The position numbers and the translations under genes are program-made. The notes under the pieces are model-generated. The model did no database searches and was not told the DNA's origin. It saw only the letters and a list, made by a program, of their open reading frames with translations. From NCBI GenBank assembly GCA_012295275.1, contig CM022670.1:3534001-3598000 (forward strand): DNA of 64,000 nt. The letters are read 5' to 3'. This document shows positions 54,571-64,000 of the stretch, piece after piece. Source of the DNA: Chrysomallon squamiferum. Lineage: Eukaryota > Animalia > Mollusca. Position 1 is the stretch's first letter, and each line of letters begins with the position of its first letter.

Positions 54571-55476
54571 TATATGTATAAATATATTGTCTATTACAAA
54601 TAGAAAGAACAGTTATCTCTGACAGTAATAACCCAGATAGTTACGTTAACATATTTCTGTGTTCTCTCTTTTGCAGTTACAGCGAAATGCAGTAAAACAG
54701 GTGTTTTTAATCTTGAGATTGTGTGCAGTTAGATATGTTAGAAGAGGAACCATTAAAAAGAGACATAAAGATACACACATTTCCTCTTTCTTATTTTCTT
54801 CTTTTTATTTCATGAGGTTTATATAATAAAAATACGAAGGCGTTCGTATCTTAATCGAAATAAATAAATAAATGAATACAAATAAATGAGCCATCTTATA
54901 AATATCTTATATGTAGTACGATATTAATAATATATTTGATGAACACAGATGTATTATTAATGACAAAAATATCTCAGTACAGTTTTATATTAACAAATTG
55001 TTAGCTTCCGAAAAAGAGTTCTTGTTAGAATGGGAAATAATGACGATACTGTTGATGGTGATGATGATGGTGGTGAAAACAAGTTAAAAAGAACTTTAGA
55101 ATGTTCTGTTGTTTCCACTAAAACGGAATGTGTACTTTCATGTATTCCATTAAAATTAATATCATTATTCATTTCTCTATCTCTTTGTTTGTCTATTTAG
55201 CCTTATAGTTAGTTTCTTGACAACATACAACACATTTTTTTAATTTAAAGAATTAAGAATCAAAGTAATATTTCAAAGAATTTTTTTTCTTTGTTCTTTC
55301 TTTATACATTTATTCATTGTCAAGTATTTATATGCACTGTTTGTGGAGACGTGATTAAAATTCAAATCCATTTTACAGTTACGTTTCTGTCAAAACCCAC
55401 AACACAAGTTTTTCTGGCATGAAATTTTTCATTCTGAAGTGACAAAGCAAATCCCGTTTTTTTATATATATATATA

Positions 55477-56704
55477 CTCTAACAAAAAAGAAACGCAAAA
55501 GTAGATTATATTGATATTGGGAATATCCCATAATGGATCAAAAGAAAGCAGCAGAATGTTCACATTTTGCACACACTTTCGCAGTTCATTAATATTGATG
55601 GTATTACGTTGTAAAGGTTAAAGTTCAAGGTTATAACAGTATAATATCAATACCTTGTGTGCCCACCATGGGAGTCCAGAACTGCCTGACATCTCCTTCC
55701 TATGGCAGTAATGACATTACGAATTATACCTTATGGAACGGTGGCCCACTCTGTCTGTAGTAATAATGCCAACTGAGCACGATTCTGTGGCTGTGGTTGA
55801 TGCTGTCTCAGTCGTCTATCCAACTCCTCCCATAAATGCTCTATAGGGTTCAAATCCGGAGATTTAGAGGGCCAGGGCAGGACCTGAATGTTGTTGTGTA
55901 GGTACGCTGTTTTGAGTCTGGCTGTATGTGGTCTCGCATTGTCGTGCTGGAATACAGCTTTACCGTTATTCATAATTGGAGCGACATGTGGCTGCAAAAC
56001 GTTCACCACGACGTCTGTAAACTCGACATCTTCCATCAGCTGGTCGAAGCAGAAATCGAGCCTCGTCACTAAACCAGACAGTTCTCCATCGTAACTGAGG
56101 CCAGACTCTGTGCACTTGACACCACTGATGTCGTAGTCGACGATGTTGTTGAGTCAAAACCACTCTTCTTATAGGCCGTCTGGCTTGAATACCTGCCTTG
56201 CGTAAACGATTGCGCACTGTCTGAGCCGATATTTTAAGCAGACCTGGTATTGCTGAAGCAATAGGGGTTGCTGTGGTGGTTCTTTCCCGTAGATGAAGTA
56301 CCCGTATGTAGCGGTCCTGGCTGCTGCTGGTTACACGTGGTCTACCCGATCTGGGACGGTCACGTGTTGTTTGGCGTTGCTGGAACTGATACCACAATCT
56401 CAAGATGGTGCTTGGGGATACACGGAACACCAGGGCTACGGCCGAGAAGGATTCGACAGTTTGTAAACGGCCGATGGCGTTGTTTCGTTGTGGTTCACAT
56501 GCACTGGTAACGTGCTGGGACGTTTTGGCTAATACACTCGATCATAGCCTTTATTTTGTGTTACCTGCTTTTTTGGCGACTGTAACAAAAGCTATACGTT
56601 TGAATCACCAAATGTCATTATATTCATAGTTTGTACATCGATATGTGTCAGTTTACAATAGTTATCTAAGAAATCAAACATTTTGCGTTTCTTTTTATAG
56701 AGAG
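55477..56704 (-). mobile_element. Tc1/mariner (Tc1, DD34E-type) DNA transposon, internally deleted
   Basis: 24-bp TIRs CTCTAACAAAAAAGAAACGCAAAA / CTCTCTATAAAAAGAAACGCAAAA (20/24 identical), (TA)n on both flanks, transposase remnants inside. Confidence 0.93.
55647..56500 (-). pseudogene. Tc1 transposase pseudogene
   Basis: HTH region with RSGRPR, WFSDEARF, FQHDNARPH, WPSKSPDLNPIEHLW, C-end GGHTRY*. Frameshifting deletion near 55990, premature TAA at 55733-55731, no intact start. Confidence 0.92.
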
Positions 56705-56756
56705 TATATATATATATTAATAAATAAAAAAAATAATAAAAAAATAAAAAGCAATT

Positions 56757-56884
<128 letters not shown>

Positions 56885-57198
56885 CACATCAATCGCACGC
56901 ATACTAGGTTTCGAGCGATCAGAAAAATTTACGTAAAGAGTGAAGATAATTTTTAAATTTTTATTTTATATATATATTTTTATTTTTGGATGAAAGGTCA
57001 TCTACATATTAATACCATAAATCTATAATTCCGTTCTCTAATTTTGAATTTCCTATCGGTAAACTGTTATAAAATTTATATCACATTCCTTGCAATTAAT
57101 TCTGTCTAAGCATTCCATTTTTCTTCACATTTAACTGTACTGTTATTTAGCCAACAAATTATACAAATATAATAATAACAAAAACAGCAACAAAACAA

Positions 57199-57266
<68 letters not shown>

Positions 57267-60200
57267 ATAATAATAATAATATATTCAGAGCATTTTAGTT
57301 AATTTGATTTTTTTGTATTTTGATTTACAGTCTGCAAGAATTTTTATTTTTTATTTTTTTTGTTTAATTATTGTGTATTAAGATGTTTTCTTATCGTGAC
57401 ACGGAGTAAACTAGATATCTGTGATTTATGTCGATTTTATCACTTTTTTGTCATTTTAATTGCTGATTGGATTTCAAATTATGAGGTATAATTACGTCAT
57501 TTTATACGTATCCCAAGATTTTTCCGGAGGTCTAGGAACCTTATATTCGTGGTAAAAGTCTCAATCTTCTCTCCTACATATTGCCAAATGATTATTTATA
57601 GCTGCATACAAATTGAAAACGTCTTGTATTGAAAGTATCACAGCTCAGTGTCTGTGATTAACGTGATTTCTTTTTTCCACTTGTAACGGAGAGATCGTTG
57701 ATGCCATTTTATCTGCGCATTTATTTTACACAGTTATAGATTTTTTATTTATTTTATTTTTACAAATATTTGTTTTATGATTTTCATTTAGAAAATTAGA
57801 TGTTCTTACGTGTTCTGTATACAGAAAATATATAAAAAGTCACAAATTCAGTGGTGATCTAAAGTCATATTTCTTTCAGAATGTAGCATATGAATGCCAA
57901 ATGGCATAATTATACAGATCTTTTAAGAATATTTGTTCGTATAATATAATAAATATATTTCAGTATGTGAGTTTTACGTAATCGGTAGACTTAGTATTTT
58001 TATCTTGACACTTGTAGCTTAATACAAAAATTTCGAGAAAGAGAAGGAGAAGCTACAAACGAGGAGACAGAACAAGTATGTCTAGCAGTTTGATATAACC
58101 CTCATTATTACATTTTTCAAGAGGCATTACTGAGTATGTCAGTGATTTTGTTTGGCTATAAGACGACCAAGAAAAGAATCAATGTATTTTGTTGTTGTCT
58201 TTTTTTGTTTTGTTTTTAGCAACACACCACAATCATAGAAATTTTACACTTAATAAAATGACCGTTTACAACGAATATACAATCCAAATGAGGATCCGAT
58301 TTTCTTGAAAATGTGAGGAACGATCATTACGGTGGATATAGTTTAATTATAATATATATAATATATAATAATAATAATCAAAAACATGAAAATAAATAAT
58401 AATTACTTTTTGTATGACGCTGATTTACAATGAAAAACTTGAGTTTAGAAGACTTGTTACTTTAGAGTCTTCATCGGGGTTTATACTGTCAAATCAATAT
58501 AATTACGTATATGTAAGTGTGTACGTACGCGTGTAATATGTATGTATTTTAGGATTTGAATATTCTCTGTCTTTTTTACGTCTGATTAAACTGCACATAG
58601 ACAGTACTACGGAACACAGTGGATCAGGAGGACAAAGTCCAATCACGACCGTACAAACAATTTGTGTGTGTCTATTTTATGTCTACGTATTATTTAAATT
58701 TGTATGATTTTTGCATATATGTGTTTCCATGTAGTATGTATATGCATATATATTTGAATAGGTATGTATGCTGGGAGAAACAAAAAAAAAGAAACAAGAT
58801 AGAAATAAAAGAAAAAAAGAATATAAACAAACTAAACATTTATTAATCCTCTACAGTTTTCTTAATCCTTTTGAAAAAAAAACCCGATTAGTCATTTTCG
58901 ATTAAATCTAGATCGTGACATTAAAGGCAAGTGATTTCAATTAATAACTCATTAAAGATAATACGCTTTCTTTGCGATTCAAATCTGTCGATTTCCTATG
59001 ATTTTTAATAATGTTTCAAGCTTACTACCGTTCGTCAATTTCAATTAAGAAATGAAGCTTAGGAGTTAATTACCCGAATTTTGAAAGCTTATATCATAAC
59101 GCATCAGTCATAATTACTTTCAGTTATCTGCTTTACATGGCTGCCATTTCTCCTTGACAAGCATGTAGGATTATATGATTCATTTCTTTTCATGGATATT
59201 ATATGAAACACTTTATGTGTGATACGTGTTCATAATGTACAACTTACTTTGTGCTTGTCAGAATCGGTTTGAAGGTGGGGCTGAAGAAAAGAGCTTTAGG
59301 TTCATCGTTCTTTCTTTTTTTATATATAAACAGTGTTTACTGAGGGTTCAGTGGCAGAGAGAATAAACAAATGTTGTGTGAGTGTGTGCGTTGGTACTGT
59401 GAGTGTGTACAATGCGGCAGACTAACATCAAATAACAAAAGAAAGACAAATTTATAACCAGAATTTTATGCAAAACCCTTATACTCGTTCCCAGTCCCCT
59501 TTAATTAAAATTTTAAAAATATATTAAAAAAATGAAAGAAAGAAAGAAGGAAAACCATAAAAAAGCAAGATTGAAAAGCGCGTCTTCAGGATACTACGAC
59601 ATGCATTCTATAACCAATCACATAATCTTTTATACGGATTATCAGCGGTCTTCTTCACATTACAAAGCGGCAGCCACACGAGACTTGAAGATATTAGCTC
59701 CGATTAATCCACCGTTTTTTAGTACGTATTCACCGAGTGGATTAAAATCTCTGCATTTTCCCTGTCATTAGCTGCAAACAGCGGTTAATCTGTCTGTAGC
59801 TCGCAGTGAGAACACGCTGAACAGGTTTAAGTTACGCATTGATTCCTGTTCACTTTTTACAAGAGAAAATTCTCGGCTATTAATTTCCTCTCGAGATTAT
59901 TTGTTTATGCGTTGCTTTGACGTGTTGTGTATAAAATTGTACCGTTTGAAGACGAATTTCAAAATAATGTTATTCCTCTTCGTGAATTAAATAACGTAGA
60001 GTAAAGCACTTTTTTTAGTTTCGTTAATTTAATAGGTCTCTTTTTTTATGATTTATTTATTTATTTATTTATTTATTTATGTCACAACCTCTGATTATTT
60101 ATGATATTTTGAATGATTGACAAAACCTTAAGAAATATCAAAGGCTGAAAATGTTGTGCATAGTTATTAGACACTATAAAATGCAGTCGTATATATCTAT

Positions 60201-61406
60201 ATATATAGATAGATATATACACCGTTCATAAAAGAAAGAAATACTATCCTCCAAGGCGCACTATTGTCAACTAAATTACAGCAGAGATCTAATTTAAACT
60301 TTTAACTCGGCCTGTCATTACAAACAGAAAGTGAAGTGAAGAATTCACTTTGTGATTACATGAAACAGTGTATTTGGTTACACTCGTGTTGTCACTGGAA
60401 TGCTTCAGAAAAAGATAACATAGTCACAGAGTAATGGAATGAACTTGTTTTGTGTTGGAGCTACATAGAGAAAAGATCATGTTAATAAAATAGTACCTCT
60501 ATCTGTGAAACTCTCTCTTTTAGTCTTTCTGTCTCTCTGTCTCTGTCTCTCTGTCTCTGGTCTTACTGTAATAGTATTTTGTTGTTTTTGTTTTCTCACG
60601 TCATAATTCTTTTGACTTAATCCGTTGTGGCATTAGATAAGTATCGATTAGTAAAATTACTGATATTTTATTACTTCAGTTTACCACAAAACAACTCAAT
60701 AATACAATTTTTAATTCTCAAATTGTATTTAAGCACAATGGAACCTGATTTAACGGACACCTGCCATTAACGGCCACTTTTAAACCTTTCCAGCGCATTT
60801 CTTTCTTTATTTAATCTCTGTATAGCCAAATTGTAATAAATATAATTTTTATTTTATTTTATTATATTTTCCACCATGTAAAAAATTTCACCTAACTTTT
60901 CCCATGCGGCTACTTGTCAAGTAAGGCGCGTGGAATGGATCAAGAAAATGTAATCTCATGTCACCATTACTCACAAACGTCTGACAGCTAAAAACCCTCA
61001 ATGTAAGAAATGAAGATGAAAAACGTTTGACAGAATGATTACCAGTTCCTCTAGGCACGTAGAATTAGTTCCTCGTGGTGAAATATCTAAAACGATTTTT
61101 CCTTTTGTGTTAATGCTCCCACAAGTTTCAAATTATTTCGTTAGTTTCTTATAATTACATACGCTTTACTTTATTTTATTTATTTTATTATATATATATA
61201 TAATTAATAACATGAAATTTATACGCCTTAACTGAAAAATTTCCAAATTGGATGTGCAGTTTTTGCTGTCGGAATACATTTTTTTCGTAGACTAATTGAA
61301 TTTCTTTATCATATACTGATTTGTTTCTGAAATAATGAAATTTATTTGAACAAATATTATTCAATTATTCATCTCTCTTTGTCAAATATTATTCATGGTT
61401 ATTCAC

Positions 61407-61534
<128 letters not shown>

Positions 61535-62123
61535 TTTAGTATTAACACCAATAGGATGAATTAAAAACACACGTTTTCTTTCGACTGGTAAAGTTTTGCA
61601 AATTCGAGACACCTTACATGCAATCATTCAATAATATTAGAGTTTAGAAAAAAGAAATAATAATAATAAAAGGCGAATGCCTTAGGGATATGCTGGAGAT
61701 GGGCGCAAAACCATAAAACCGCCTCCCGAAGGCTTAGTAAGAAAGAAGACGAACGTAAAATCTTGAATAATACAGATACAGAGATATAAGCTGAACGTTT
61801 AGAGTCGGTGAGTTGCTACACCATGTCTCGTTAACTTTTACCTACGTGTGACACAGACTTTACCTCTAGCTTCCATCGTGATTTTCTATTTCTCAGCAGT
61901 TGTCATAGAAGGGTCACGCAATTATTTGAGTACGTTAATCCATCGCCAAACAGCGCGAAGACCTTCTTCATTGATCAAACCAGGCGTTGCTTGCAGATGG
62001 ATTAACGTGGTATTCTTCTCAGAAATATGTGCAGGAACAACCAAACAAACCCCCATTTTTTTTTTTTCTTCTTCTTCTTTTTTTTTATTATTCGTCCAGT
62101 ACTTATTTTTCATTAATTTAGTT

Positions 62124-62158
<35 letters not shown>

Positions 62159-63184
62159 CAAATAAATTCTCAAAAACTGGTAGACTCTCTTAATGTATCG
62201 TGTCGAATTACTAACTGAGGTAATTAAGGATTGGGCACAAGAAGGTCTTTGAGGGTAAATAAATATTTCTGCTTCTGTTTTGATTATTTAGAATTCGTTT
62301 TCTCTTGATCTTTTATTTAGTTAGGGAATATATCATTTGAAAAGAAAAAGAAAGAAATTTTTTTATTAAAATGTAGAGGTTATCGGAGGACAAGTGCTTC
62401 AGAAAAACCAAATTAATAGTAAGTTTGCAGTAATTTAATAACACTGATAATAGGAATACAACGAATACATCATTGCTGTCAGATTATTCTTACTTGTTAT
62501 CCTGTTCTCCCTTTTCTCTCTCTCCATGTCTTTACGTAAGTCAGTTTCTCCCATCAATTTTTGCATCTATTTTAAATTTCAGACCCAGGGAAGATGCAGA
62601 ATAGTCAAAATATGAAATAAAAATAATTATTTAATCGTAAGCAAAATTCGATACTATCTCTGTGATACGATAGTAATTCTTCGCGAATTAAATTTATTTC
62701 TTTTTTCACAATTTCAACAGAAAGAAAATGACAAATCTTTGAAAATGTTCATATTCACATGAGTTATAAGTTTATAAATTGCTACTAATGGAAGCAATAG
62801 ACTTTTCTCAAAGAAAGATATTGTTCACCCCTGATCTTCGTTTTCCTTTCATCTCCTTTTTATTTCCCTTTATTTATTTATTTAGCATACAAAATTCGTT
62901 TGAACCTATTATTTTTATCTTTTTTATTCACTCCTTTCCTTTGCCTTTCACTTCATTATTTTTGTTTTATTTTTTGCATTAAACAAATGTAATTTTTTTG
63001 AAAATCTTCCATTTAGAGGGTAATTTCTGAGTCTCCAAACAAAGAGCCTGTTTTATAAACAATGAAAAAAAGAATAAATCATTTAAAGTTTGTCAGTGTA
63101 AAAATCATAAAACACCGTTGTTTACCTTTTATAAATTCAGTGCGTGTAGACTCTTCAGCTACACAACGTTCACATGATATTACC

Positions 63185-63380
63185 ACTAGCCACGGGATCA
63201 TTTCTGCTCGATTTTTCCCTCGGAGTTCTATCCCGTTCCATCCAGTGCTCCACATCTAATGTCCCAAAGGTCCTGGTTTATGCTTTCGTATCACAGGGTG
63301 CTCATGACATATATCTTGCTCCTTCAAGTCGATAACAGTGATCACAGGAACTGGAGAGATTTTTCTCATCTGTTTTCTCG
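63185..63380 (+). mobile_element. Old SINE fragment, same family
   Basis: cgttccatccagtgctccaca...caaaggtcctggtttatgct. Confidence 0.45.
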
Positions 63381-63641
63381 TTATATAAATTTAACATGTC
63401 TTTGCTTTGAGCAGTAAGTTATTTTAAATGATGCGCTCACGATAGTTACATAGTTACCATCTTTTTATCTTTCACTTAGAGACACGCATCAAGCATTCTA
63501 ATTTTAACCCTTTTTTTTCCACAGAATGTGACTATAAATCACAAGTGAATTTCCGTAGGGGCCTCCCTCTATGATGTAAAGTTATAATAATTGTAATACT
63601 TGATTTTATAGAAAGTGACATTATTTTCAACAACAAAAAAA

Positions 63642-63680
<39 letters not shown>

Positions 63681-64000
63681 AATTAAAAATAAAACATTTT
63701 ATTTCATTAAATGCAGAAAACGCCGATAAAAGTTTTCATTAAAATTAAGTGCGTCATAAAATTAAATTAAACATTTCAGCCATTCTTTATTTTATTTCAT
63801 TTCATACCGCGACTAAGTTACACTGCCAGTCTAAAAGTTAGGCTTTCTATTAAACACATATTTTTAATTATTTATTTATTTTATTTTTTTACATAGTTTC
63901 ATTAGACACCACAGCAAAATAAAAAGTTAATTACTCTTCATGATTTAAATATTCACACTGACTCTACGTTTATGAACTGTTAAAATGCTGATAAAAGAAT

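Noticed and set aside
60735-60915. Possible Tc1/pogo MITE end (caatggaacctg...aacggacacc...aacggccac)
   Set aside because: No matching second TIR or TSD found by eye

Overview
AT-rich, microsatellite-dense eukaryotic genomic DNA. The SINE family present and the PVF domain architecture point to an invertebrate, probably a gastropod mollusc (inference). Two convergent intron-rich genes can be assembled by hand with canonical GT-AG junctions and consistent phases. (1) A PDGF/VEGF-related factor (PVF) on +: 6 core coding exons, 19547-32728, 390 aa. (2) A divergent beta-tubulin on -: 9 exons, 52651-37612, 447 aa. Also present are a decayed Tc1 transposon (55477-56704), two inverted copies of a MITE with 5-bp target duplications, several old SINE fragments and three minisatellite arrays. 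The most notable observations are: a phase-consistent chain of upstream exons (2486-2511, 12078-12161, 19393-) that would add an 88-aa N-terminal extension and could make the PVF membrane-tethered; four miR-183/263-type seed sites within 125 nt of the PVF 3'UTR; and beta-tubulin substitutions concentrated in the colchicine/benzimidazole pocket together with an axonemal EGEF tail. Most ORFs in the supplied track are simple-repeat artefacts.
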